Of a DNA stretch of 64,000 nt, positions 55,556 through 64,000 are shown piece after piece. The first letter of the stretch is position 1. Each line of letters starts with the position of its first letter. Source of the stretch: an uncultured Gammaproteobacteria bacterium (GTDB lineage: Bacteria > Patescibacteriota > Microgenomatia > 2-02-FULL-39-11); contig CAYGXQ010000001.1 in NCBI GenBank assembly GCA_964354025.1, positions 5,963 to 69,962 of the forward strand, given 5' to 3'. Below the pieces are notes generated by a model. It did no database searches and was not told the origin of the DNA. It worked only from the letters and a program-made list of their open reading frames with translations. The position numbers and the translations under genes are program-made.

Positions 55556-56640
55556 ATAACCTCCTTGATAGTTTTTAGTAATAAACGATTTTCTTCAGAA
55601 CTTCTGACGGTGATTCTTACGCAACCATCGAGATACTTTTTGTTACTCCGGTCGCGGATAATAAATCCTTTCTTTTTCAACTTTTGACAAAGCAGAGTTG
55701 CTCCACTGCCGACTTTAACCAGCAAAAAATTTGTTCGTGAAGGATAAACATAAAGACCTAAGTCCGTCAGTTCTTTTGTAAGTCTCTCTCTTTCTTTAAT
55801 TATCATTTTTATTTGCTTTTTGATCCAATTTCCGTCTTTTTCCAAAACCGTTTCCGCCAGTTTATAGGAGAAATAACTGACACCCATCGGGAAGCGGATA
55901 CCGTCAAATTTTTGACTCAAAAATCGGTTGCTGATCAGATAACCGACTCTGGCTCCGGCGATGGCGGCAAATTTGGAAAAGCTGCGCAAGATCACTAAGT
56001 TATCATATTTTTGCAGAAAGAAAGTTGTGCTTTGACCATAAAATTCCCGATAGGCTTCATCGACAACCACAATACTTTTTGATCTCTTAACAATTTCCCC
56101 AATAACTTTCGGAGGAATAACCGTCCCGGTCGGATTATTGGGATTGCATAGAAAAATAATTTTCACTCTATTTTTATTGGCAAGATCAATTATTTTTTCC
56201 GCGTCAATGGAAAAATCCGGCAGAAGAAGAGGCACCTCCAAATTTATGCCTCTGTTTATTTCACACTGGATGGAAAACATTTCATAAGTCGGCGGAGAAG
56301 TAATAAAAAAATCTCCAGGATTGAGAAAAGTTTTTGCCAGTATGTCGATTGCTTCATCGCCGCTGTTGGTAACGGTAATCATGGAAGGCTTAGCCTTTTC
56401 ATAGCCGGCGATCAATTTTTTCAGTTTGGTGTAAGAGGGATCGGCGTATTCATTGATTGGGCAGTTAAGCGCCATTGTTTTCAGGAAAAAAGGCAGGCTT
56501 TTGGGAGGAAATGGCGGAGTATTGGCATCGAAACGCCAGGTTTTTTCCAGACCGGTTTCTTCCCACTGATAGGGAATTATTTTTTCCGCTACTTCTGATA
56601 GATATTGATTATTATTTTTCATATATTTGTAGTGACACAA
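55552..56640 (-). CDS. hisC: Histidinol-phosphate aminotransferase
   Basis: Class II aminotransferase motifs: NPNNPTG and the PLP lysine context SFSKFAAIAGARVGY. Confidence 0.85.
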   Translation of the reverse strand: MCHYKYMKNNNQYLSEVAEKIIPYQWEETGLEKTWRFDANTPPFPPKSLPFFLKTMALNCPINEYADPSYTKLKKLIAGYEKAKPSMITVTNSGDEAIDILAKTFLNPGDFFITSPPTYEMFSIQCEINRGINLEVPLLLPDFSIDAEKIIDLANKNRVKIIFLCNPNNPTGTVIPPKVIGEIVKRSKSIVVVDEAYREFYGQSTTFFLQKYDNLVILRSFSKFAAIAGARVGYLISNRFLSQKFDGIRFPMGVSYFSYKLAETVLEKDGNWIKKQIKMIIKERERLTKELTDLGLYVYPSRTNFLLVKVGSGATLLCQKLKKKGFIIRDRSNKKYLDGCVRITVRSSEENRLLLKTIKEVI

Positions 56641-56665
56641 ATGTAACAGATAGCATGCATCCGTG

Positions 56666-57970
56666 TCAGTTATTAATAAACCTTATACTGGTTGCGTTTT
56701 TATGCGCCGGCAACTGTTCGATATCCGCCATAATTTCAATTGTTTCTGAAATCCTTGATAATCCGTTTCTGGTACATTTTTGGATCTGCATCCATTTGCC
56801 GAAAGCGTCCACACCCAGAGGCGGATACATTTTGGCCATTCCGCCGGTTGGCAGGACATGGTTGGCGCCGGTTGCGTAGTCTCCGCTTGACTTAGTCGTC
56901 CAATTGCCAAGAAAGACTGATCCGGCATTTTGGATTTGACTGACGATTTTTTCCGGATTTCCGGTCATGATTTCCAAGTGCTCGGGCGCATAATCATTGA
57001 TAAAATCAATCGCTTCTTTAAAGGTATCGGCCGTCAGAATCAAACCGTATTTTTTTAACGATTCCTTTATCCGGTCTTTGGTTGCGAGATTATTTATTTG
57101 TTTCTTAATTTCCTTAACACAGTTTTTCGCTATAGCGAAATTTTGTGTTTTGACCGTTACAATAACGCAGGCAGAATCAGGACCGTGTTCGGCGTCAGCC
57201 ATAAGATCGGCTACTGCCCAGGCGGGATTGGCGCTCTCGTCAGCCAGGATCAGGACTTCCGAAGGGCCGGCCGGCATATCGATGGCGACTTTCGGGAAAA
57301 CCGTTATTTTAGCAGCCGTCACGAATGAATTTCCGGCGCCGAAAATCTTATAGACTTTTGGAATACTTTCAGTTCCGTAAGCCATGGCGGCGATTGCTTC
57401 GGCGCCGCCGACTTTAAATATCTTTTTCAAACCCAACATGTCAGCCGCAACCAGTGTCGCCGGCGGAATTTGTCCGTCTCCTCTTGGCGGAGAGCAAATA
57501 ATAATTTCCCGGCAGCCGGCAATTTGGGCCGGAATGGCGGTCATGAGGACCGATGACGGATAAACCGCTTTTCCGCCAGGAATATATAAACCGACTTTTT
57601 CAATCGGCCGCCAGACCCGCCAGACGGAAATACCCTTTTCCGGTTTGACCACGGTATCAACTTTTTTCGGTAGTTGCGCCTTCTGCACAGCGGTAATATT
57701 TTTTATCATTTGTTTTATGGCTGAGATAAATGCTTGATTTACTTCCTTATAAGCGTTGGTTATTTCTTCTTCAGTTGTTTGGATTGATCGATAATTCTCT
57801 TTCCCAAACCTGGCTTGGTATTTTTCCAGCATGATTTGGTTCCCGTCTCTTTTCACGTTTTCAATAATTTTTATCACTTGAGGCATGATTTCCTCATTGG
57901 TTCCAAATGACCTTTGCATAATTCTTTGATAGTCTTTTCTTGATAATTTATTAAGCTGAACAATTTTCAT
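56666..57970 (-). CDS. hisD: Histidinol dehydrogenase
   Basis: 434 aa with typical HisD blocks (IICSPP, GPSEVLILADE, HGPDSACVIVT). Confidence 0.9.
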   Translation of the reverse strand: MKIVQLNKLSRKDYQRIMQRSFGTNEEIMPQVIKIIENVKRDGNQIMLEKYQARFGKENYRSIQTTEEEITNAYKEVNQAFISAIKQMIKNITAVQKAQLPKKVDTVVKPEKGISVWRVWRPIEKVGLYIPGGKAVYPSSVLMTAIPAQIAGCREIIICSPPRGDGQIPPATLVAADMLGLKKIFKVGGAEAIAAMAYGTESIPKVYKIFGAGNSFVTAAKITVFPKVAIDMPAGPSEVLILADESANPAWAVADLMADAEHGPDSACVIVTVKTQNFAIAKNCVKEIKKQINNLATKDRIKESLKKYGLILTADTFKEAIDFINDYAPEHLEIMTGNPEKIVSQIQNAGSVFLGNWTTKSSGDYATGANHVLPTGGMAKMYPPLGVDAFGKWMQIQKCTRNGLSRISETIEIMADIEQLPAHKNATSIRFINN

Positions 57971-57985
57971 AATTTACTCCTTAAA

Positions 57986-58861
57986 TTAAATAATTATTTT
58001 TTCAATCGGTAGTACCATGATTTCCGAGGCGCCGACTTTTTTTAATCTTTCCATCGTCTCCCAAAAAATATCTTCTTTGACTACCGATTGGACTGAAACC
58101 CAACCGGTCTTTGCCAGAGAAGAAATGGTTGGCGATTTCAGGCCGGGAATGATTTTTTTAAGCCTCGGCAATATTTTTTCAGGCGCATTCATCAAGATAT
58201 ATTTGTAGTTTCTTGCCGATAAAACTCCCTTAAATCTGGTTAATAACTGTTTTATACAAGATTGTCGTTTTTGGGAAGTTAATGATTTATCATTTGTAAT
58301 CAAAACCGCTTCCGAATCGTAGATTTTCCTGATAATTTTCAAATCATTTAAGATCAGAGTGCTACCGGTTGAAACCAGGTCAACGATCACTTGGGCAACT
58401 CCCAAAGATGGTGCAACCTCAACCGAACCTTTAATCTGCACAAGATCAACCGGTATATTTTGCCGGCTGAAAAAACGTTCTGCCGAGTTCGGATAAGCGG
58501 TGGCAATTTTCTGGTTTTTCAATTCCTTAATGTTGGTAAAGTTTGATTCTTTGGGAACAGCGACGATCAAAGAACAAAAACCGAATCTCAAGTTAAGGAG
58601 TTTCTTAACTTTTGGCCTCAGTTCATATAGTAAATTTTGTCCAATGATGCCGAGATCGACAATACCGGCAGAAACATAATTTGGGATATCGTCATCCCGC
58701 AGGAATAGGATTTCCAGAGGGAAATTCAGACAGCGGGAAAAAAGTCTCTTTTGATAACTTTCAAAAACTAAACCGGAAGACCGCAAAAAAGCGAGCGTCT
58801 CGTCCGTCAAACGCCCATCTTTCTGGATCGCTAATTTAAGATATTTATCTGATGTATTCAT
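57986..58861 (-). CDS. hisG: ATP phosphoribosyltransferase (long form)
   Basis: LKLAIQKDGRL and DLVSTGSTL, with a C-terminal regulatory domain. Confidence 0.9.
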   Translation of the reverse strand: MNTSDKYLKLAIQKDGRLTDETLAFLRSSGLVFESYQKRLFSRCLNFPLEILFLRDDDIPNYVSAGIVDLGIIGQNLLYELRPKVKKLLNLRFGFCSLIVAVPKESNFTNIKELKNQKIATAYPNSAERFFSRQNIPVDLVQIKGSVEVAPSLGVAQVIVDLVSTGSTLILNDLKIIRKIYDSEAVLITNDKSLTSQKRQSCIKQLLTRFKGVLSARNYKYILMNAPEKILPRLKKIIPGLKSPTISSLAKTGWVSVQSVVKEDIFWETMERLKKVGASEIMVLPIEKIII

Positions 58862-58868
58862 ATCTTTG

Positions 58869-58942
58869 GGTGACCGAGCGGGTTTGAACCGCCGACCTTC
58901 TCGTTCACAGCGAGATGCTCTACCAATTGAGCTACGGCCACC
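58869..58942 (-). tRNA. tRNA-His (anticodon GUG), with an encoded G-1
   Basis: The reverse complement folds as GGUGGCCG...anticodon loop CUGUGAA...GGUUCAAACCC...CGGUCACC. The extra 5' G pairs with the discriminator C. Confidence 0.85.
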
Positions 58943-59268
58943 ATGCCCCGCCTTTGGCGGGGAATTATCAAATTACAAATTTCAAATTACAAAAAAAGAC
59001 CCTCGTTACTTAAACACAAGTTATTATCAACTCGTGATCAAGGAACGAAGGTCTTAAATAAAAAAGAGACCTCCGCGGTCCCATCCTTTTTCCCTATACC
59101 GTATAGTATAGGGCTCTTGGGGTCGGCTCCGTCCGCCAGCTGGCGGACGACATCGACTGTTGTATTTTTACGGTTCAACTTCCGTCCCACATTTTGGCGG
59201 GAAGCTCGTGGATCGTGACTCCACTCAAACGCTTTTATGAATTGTATTAAACATTATACCAAAGCTTG

Positions 59269-59595
59269 TCAAATTTTTTGTTTATTTCCCAATTCCTGTT
59301 TTATCCAGTGCTCTACCTTTTTGGTAGTTTTTGTTACCGGAGAAGACAGAAGAACGAAGGTTTCGTAACTGTGGATTTTGGCTACTTCTTTCTCTATTTT
59401 TGGGAAATTTTCCTCAATAGATTCCATCACCAGCATTACTTCATTGTTTGAAGCAATCTTTCCTTTCCACAAATATGAAGAAGTAACGGGAAACCTCTTC
59501 GTGCAGACTACCAGTTTTTTGGCCAAAAGAGTTTTAGCGATTTTTTCCGCCTCTTTATCACTGGCGCAGGTGAGAAAAAGCAAACACATTTTCAT
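59269..59595 (-). CDS. cutA: Divalent-cation tolerance protein CutA
   Basis: 108 aa with a CutA1 fold signature (LVVCTKRFPVTSSYLWKGKI). Confidence 0.75.
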   Translation of the reverse strand: MKMCLLFLTCASDKEAEKIAKTLLAKKLVVCTKRFPVTSSYLWKGKIASNNEVMLVMESIEENFPKIEKEVAKIHSYETFVLLSSPVTKTTKKVEHWIKQELGNKQKI

Positions 59596-60644
59596 TGGAA
59601 ATAATGGGTATTTGAGTAGAGATACTGATTGACAAAGATCCGTTTGAAATTGAAAATATTGTTTTGCTCATAAAAGACAATCAGGGCTTTTTTATACTCC
59701 AGCTCATCAATATCCCGGTAAGAAAGAGGAATCAGGTCATAAGCGATAAGGATGGCGTTGGCAATCATTCTTCCGGTCCTTTTATTGCCATCGGTAAACG
59801 GCTGTAAATAAGAAATCATACTGATTGCCGTCAGCGCTTTGGTAAAAGGATTATTAAGTTTATTAATGAAGGAAACTGTTTTTCTTAAATACTTTTCAAT
59901 TGCTTCTTTATTGGAAGGAGGTAAGTAGTTTGTCCCCGAAATCCCCACACGATGAGAACGGATACCGGAGGTAACCGGAAGATCTTTGATCATCAGAGAG
60001 TGTATTTCGATTATTTTGTCAACGGAAAGATTATCAAATTGAGAAGGATTTTCCAAAACAAAAGAAAGCGCGTCTTTATGATTGAGTATCATAATAGCCT
60101 CCTCTTTCGGGTGACCGGCAGCCTGCTGTTTTTGTTTTATCAATTGCTCCGTCTCAAGAAGGGTATAGGTATTGCCTTCAATCCTGCTTGATTTCCAGGA
60201 AAATTCGATGGTCAATCTTTCAAGTTCTTTCTGAAAAATTGTCGGACCAATAATACTTTTTTGCCGGGCAAGACTTTTTTTACTTCCTTGAAGAGTTTTT
60301 ATTTCCTCATCGGTAAAAAGGTCGCAAAGTTTGGAAAAAATTGTTTCATCGAATGATTCCTTTACGTATTGCCTGATACTGCTTCCCTCGGAAAAGTAAA
60401 AATCAAGGCTGAGCGGAATAAGAAGTGAATATTTTTCATTGATGAGATATTTGGTCGATCTTCCCGCGCCTGTCGATTTGACCCAATTCATTTTGATAAG
60501 ACTGTTTAAGTCACGCAGGATGGTTATCTTTGACGAAGGATTTGTTTCCCGTAAGGCAAGTTCTAACTCGCCGCGGGTTTGGGGCTTGGCGATTAATTGG
60601 CAGATGATCGCCTGAATACGTCTTGAAATGATCGTATCATTCAT
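59592..60644 (-). CDS. Fic/Doc family protein, second copy
   Basis: Fic motif HPFTDGNKRTGR, with an N-terminal wHTH-like region. Confidence 0.75.
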   Translation of the reverse strand: MNDTIISRRIQAIICQLIAKPQTRGELELALRETNPSSKITILRDLNSLIKMNWVKSTGAGRSTKYLINEKYSLLIPLSLDFYFSEGSSIRQYVKESFDETIFSKLCDLFTDEEIKTLQGSKKSLARQKSIIGPTIFQKELERLTIEFSWKSSRIEGNTYTLLETEQLIKQKQQAAGHPKEEAIMILNHKDALSFVLENPSQFDNLSVDKIIEIHSLMIKDLPVTSGIRSHRVGISGTNYLPPSNKEAIEKYLRKTVSFINKLNNPFTKALTAISMISYLQPFTDGNKRTGRMIANAILIAYDLIPLSYRDIDELEYKKALIVFYEQNNIFNFKRIFVNQYLYSNTHYFQ

Positions 60645-60704
60645 TCCTTAATATCGTATCATAATGAAACGGAAAATGGTATTGTTTGGAACGAAAAAGA
60701 CTAA

Positions 60705-61043
60705 TTAGAAAGTGCCTATTTGGCCGGTGATGGCCTGGCTGTAGGTGTTCATGAAATTAAATATAAGCATAATTGAAACGATTAAAGAGATCACAGTGAG
60801 AACGATGGCGATAATGCCAACTTGTTTTGATTTGCTATCTTCCTGACGAAGATATTTGATGGCCGGGATAAGCCCAAATGGCGGCAGAAGGAAACTGAGG
60901 GCATAGAGTGATAATTGCTTAAATAATGAGATGGAGGGCGGCTTTTCTTTCAGCTTCGCTCCGCAAGCCCGGCAGAAAAAATCCGTCAGATCAATGCTAT
61001 TTCTACATACAGGACATACAGAATAAGCAACTATCTGATCCAT
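60705..61043 (-). CDS. Zinc-ribbon membrane protein
   Basis: CPVCxn...CRAC followed by two TM helices. Confidence 0.4.
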   Translation of the reverse strand: MDQIVAYSVCPVCRNSIDLTDFFCRACGAKLKEKPPSISLFKQLSLYALSFLLPPFGLIPAIKYLRQEDSKSKQVGIIAIVLTVISLIVSIMLIFNFMNTYSQAITGQIGTF

Positions 61044-61118
61044 ACGATCATTATATCATCGAAAGAAACAGGATAATATCGTCTTGCAAACAGGACGATA
61101 ATATGGTAATATTGTTCT

Positions 61119-62423
61119 ATGAATACAATATTAAGGACGCTTTTATACGAATGGAAGGATAGAAAATTACCCCCGATAATAGGGCGGGATACCCATTTGG
61201 ACACCTCACTGCAACAGGGGACTAATAACGCAACGGTGATAACCGGGTTTAGACGGGTAGGAAAGACATACCTGGTTTATGAGGCTATAGAAAAGCTTTT
61301 GGAGACCCATCCCCGTGATGAGGTAGTTTATATTAACTTTGAAGATGAGCGGATAATTTCACCCGCCACCGAGTTACTCACTGATCTGATACCGGAAATA
61401 CAGGCGGTTTACGGTAAAAAACCTAAATATCTCTTTTTGGATGAACTGCAGCTTATCCCTAACTGGTCAAAATGGGTGCGCCGGATACTGGATACAGAGT
61501 CAATACAAATATTTATAACCGGTTCCTCCTCAAAAATGGGCAGTGCGGAATTGCCGACAGAGCTTCGGGGCAGAGAATGGGAAGTAATAGTCAGCCCGCT
61601 TACCTTCGCCGAATTTTTACGCTTTAAGAAGGTAAATATAGACTTTGGGAAATCAGCCTTCGTAAAAGATGAGATGGCGCGCTTTCGTTTTCTTTTTGAC
61701 GAATACCTGACATTTGGATCGTTACCGGCCGTAGTGTTGACAACACATGAGAAAAAACAGGAGCTTTTACAGTCCTATTTTCAGACCGTAGTACAAAGGG
61801 ATATAGCCGAAAGGCATAAGATAGACAATGACACCGCGCTAAAAACACTTTTGAAACTGCTTCTTAATTCGAGCTATATTACGATTTCAAAACTGGCCAA
61901 TTCTCTCAAAAGCATGAGTATACCAATAGGAAAGTCAACAGTAAATAATTACCTTTCCTATATAGAAAGCTCGTACTTTATGAGCGAGCTTTATATCTAT
62001 AGTCCGGCAGTGATAAATCAACTGCAATATCCGCGAAAAGTATATTTTGTCGATACCGGATTTATGACCGCGTTGTCCACTAAATTTTCTAAAAATATGG
62101 GTAGACTATTTGAAAACACAGTTTTTCATAAGTTGGTGCGGGAAAACCTGTTAGCACAGACAGGCGAAACTATACACTACTACAAAGACGATAAAGGCAG
62201 CGAGGTAGATTTTGCCATTCTTAGTCAAGGTAAAACTACTGCTTTATATCAGGTATGTTTTGATCTGACTGATGAAGAAACACAGAGCCGGGAAGTGAAA
62301 TCGCTCATAAAAGCGGGGACAACTTTAAACTGCAAAAACCTTAACCTTATAACCCTGGAAAAACCTAATGCATTAAAACTGCTTCAAGAAATAAAAGTTA
62401 TTTCCGCCCCGGAATTTCTATAA
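61119..62423 (+). CDS. AAA-superfamily ATPase with DUF4143, paralog 3
   Basis: Walker A GFRRVGKTYL and Walker B LFLDELQ. A C-terminal DUF4143-like region as in paralogs 1 and 2. Confidence 0.75.
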   Translation: MNTILRTLLYEWKDRKLPPIIGRDTHLDTSLQQGTNNATVITGFRRVGKTYLVYEAIEKLLETHPRDEVVYINFEDERIISPATELLTDLIPEIQAVYGKKPKYLFLDELQLIPNWSKWVRRILDTESIQIFITGSSSKMGSAELPTELRGREWEVIVSPLTFAEFLRFKKVNIDFGKSAFVKDEMARFRFLFDEYLTFGSLPAVVLTTHEKKQELLQSYFQTVVQRDIAERHKIDNDTALKTLLKLLLNSSYITISKLANSLKSMSIPIGKSTVNNYLSYIESSYFMSELYIYSPAVINQLQYPRKVYFVDTGFMTALSTKFSKNMGRLFENTVFHKLVRENLLAQTGETIHYYKDDKGSEVDFAILSQGKTTALYQVCFDLTDEETQSREVKSLIKAGTTLNCKNLNLITLEKPNALKLLQEIKVISAPEFL

Positions 62424-62504
62424 TGCAGTGAATCCTTTTATTAATGGATACGGCCTTAGGTGCCAACCATGAACCAGAACAAAGTTCGGTATCATGGCAT
62501 AGCG

Positions 62505-62527
62505 TAATACACACCTGGTGTGTATGA
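62505..62527. terminator. Perfect palindrome ATACACACC-T-GGTGTGTAT between two convergent genes (candidate bidirectional terminator)
   Basis: 9-bp stem with a short loop, read directly from the sequence. The flanks are not strongly T-rich. Confidence 0.35.
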
Positions 62528-62542
62528 ATAGCCAATCCATAT

Positions 62543-62980
62543 CTATATATGAACTACCTCGACTTGTTTGCCCGCGTAATCCTTTATATAATCCGCGACT
62601 ACATTTCTGTGACAGTAATGCGGATCTTTCTCAAAACAGAGAAGACATATTTTTTTATCGGATCCCATGTCAATGATATCATCGATGGAATCCTTAAATT
62701 CCGGCAGATATGATCGGTATTGGTCAAAAAAAGTACGGTAATCCTGATAATGAGCAAGATAGTTTCTTAGCGGTTTGGGAGTTCCCAATTCCTGAAAATG
62801 GTAATAGGAAATCCCGGTTTGCTTAAGATAATTACTTAATGCCTTTTGGCTAAATCCCGGTTTGCGACTGTAAGGATTTTCCCGGATATCAACGATAGTG
62901 TCTATATTTTCCGCCTGTAATTTATTTAGAAATTCTTTTATTGTTTCCCCTTCATATCCTGACGTGAATAGGTGTGTCAT
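62543..62980 (-). CDS. DUF488-family protein
   Basis: 145 aa; the N-terminal LFTSGYEG...DIRENP...KPGFS pattern is typical of DUF488. Confidence 0.6.
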   Translation of the reverse strand: MTHLFTSGYEGETIKEFLNKLQAENIDTIVDIRENPYSRKPGFSQKALSNYLKQTGISYYHFQELGTPKPLRNYLAHYQDYRTFFDQYRSYLPEFKDSIDDIIDMGSDKKICLLCFEKDPHYCHRNVVADYIKDYAGKQVEVVHI

Positions 62981-63194
62981 AAATCCAGTATATCAAAAAC
63001 TGGAGAGAATAATTATAGGAAGATTTTTTCCCGTCGGAGATGGCTAAACCAGTTTATTTATTTGTATAACTTGGCCAGGAGGTGATGATTAAAGGATTTT
63101 GATCCCAAATATTGATCTGCTGGTTTATTTCTTCGGTGATAAACGGCATGAAGGGATGAAGGAGTTTCAAACAGAAACATCTTGAGGCAACTCT

Positions 63195-64000
63195 TTAACT
63201 TTTTCTTTCTTGAGCGAAGGGAGAGACTGTCAGAGATAATGGTTGGGGAACAATTACCGCCTGTCCTATACCATGTGATAAAAGAGAGTCATTTTGTGAA
63301 AGTTTGTATGCTTTGCCGATCATATCCACTGTATGTAATGATGACCGAAATCGCATACCGTTGTCTGGAGAAACCGTTTGACCTATTCCGTAGACCTTAA
63401 GAAGAAAATCAGTTAATGTTCTGGTATAACCAACTCCTCCACCAGGAAATTGCCAAATTTGTGGAGGATTTCCGTTCGCTTGCCGAAGTAATAAATATGG
63501 TTCATGTACTTCACTACCGGTAAAAATTTCCAATGAACCTCTGTCACCGGTGAGTCGAATACCATAATAGGTCGTCTCAAGTCCCTTCCCGCCATCAAAT
63601 AAGACCGTAATATTGCCTATGTGTCCTTTTAACCAAAGATAGGTTTCTAAATTTCCAGGAGCAGGGGTATTATCAGACTGTTGATAGCGTGCTAAGACAG
63701 CTTGATCAACCGTAGCACGTAATTTATTTCCTGATAATTGCGCGAAGAGAAATCCAAGATGCGCCGGGTGGACAACCATATCCATTCCCAAGCCTCCGCC
63801 ACTCTTATTTCTATCTGCAACCAACCATTCTCTTCCCTCTTCAATCGGCCAGCGTTCGATACATCTTCCTTCAATTTGCGAGAGAGTGCCAATCTTTTCA
63901 TAAAGTTTTTCCTGAATAGTATATCGAAGAGCATCACTGTCGGCAAAAAAGTCAATGGGCACAAGACGGTCTTTATTTCCTTGGAATAGTTGGACCATAG
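63195..64000 (-). CDS. Gfo/Idh/MocA-family oxidoreductase, C-terminal part only
   Basis: The alpha/beta C-terminal domain is typical of Gfo/Idh/MocA. The ORF reaches the window end, so the gene is 5'-truncated and the N-terminal Rossmann domain lies outside the window. Confidence 0.5.
   Translation of the reverse strand, partial: MVQLFQGNKDRLVPIDFFADSDALRYTIQEKLYEKIGTLSQIEGRCIERWPIEEGREWLVADRNKSGGGLGMDMVVHPAHLGFLFAQLSGNKLRATVDQAVLARYQQSDNTPAPGNLETYLWLKGHIGNITVLFDGGKGLETTYYGIRLTGDRGSLEIFTGSEVHEPYLLLRQANGNPPQIWQFPGGGVGYTRTLTDFLLKVYGIGQTVSPDNGMRFRSSLHTVDMIGKAYKLSQNDSLLSHGIGQAVIVPQPLSLTVSPFAQERKS

Noticed and set aside
1-64000. CRISPR arrays, rRNA genes, integrase/transposase genes
   Set aside because: Scanned for regularly spaced direct repeats and for integrase/transposase motifs and found none. 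The repeated elements present are the TGTCAT-ended MITE-like copies and the hexamer tracts, not CRISPR.

Overview
This 64-kb window reads like a Candidate Phyla Radiation (Patescibacteria)-type bacterial genome fragment, judged from gene content alone. Several things point that way: a form II/III-like RuBisCO, lamin-tail-domain and Thr-Pro-repeat surface proteins, an archaeal-type mevalonate pathway, TrbC/VirB2-like pilin arrays, many toxin-antitoxin pairs, and small tRNA-adjacent AT-rich islands. The window holds about 80 protein genes, seven tRNAs (Ser-GCU, Arg-GCG, Ser-CGA, Arg-CCG, Ser-GGA, His-GUG on the minus strand, plus a split tRNA-like locus), and a tmRNA directly downstream of smpB. 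Core metabolism includes enolase, a near-complete his operon on the minus strand (hisG-D-C-HAD-B-H-F-I-E, with no hisA), an isoprenoid operon running from HMG-CoA reductase to UppS, and cyclophilin. The accessory content is rich. Three paralogous DUF4143 AAA ATPases and two Fic proteins are present. The toxin-antitoxin pairs are VapBC, BrnTA and ParE/Phd. A RuBisCO, hexokinase-family and EpmA-like trio sits together. A putative type-IV-secretion-like module carries a VirB6-like gene, six tandem TrbC/VirB2-like small membrane proteins, a divergent ECF sigma factor, and a 1324-aa orphan giant protein. The most interesting unexplained signals are listed here. First, a four-copy family of 70-110 nt MITE-like elements with TGTCAT...ATGACA ends sits in gene leaders. 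Second, a tRNA-Arg is nested between the 5' and 3' halves of another tRNA. Third, GTATCA hexamer microsatellites occur inside and beside the mevalonate kinase genes. Fourth, the pilin/VirB6/giant-protein cluster.
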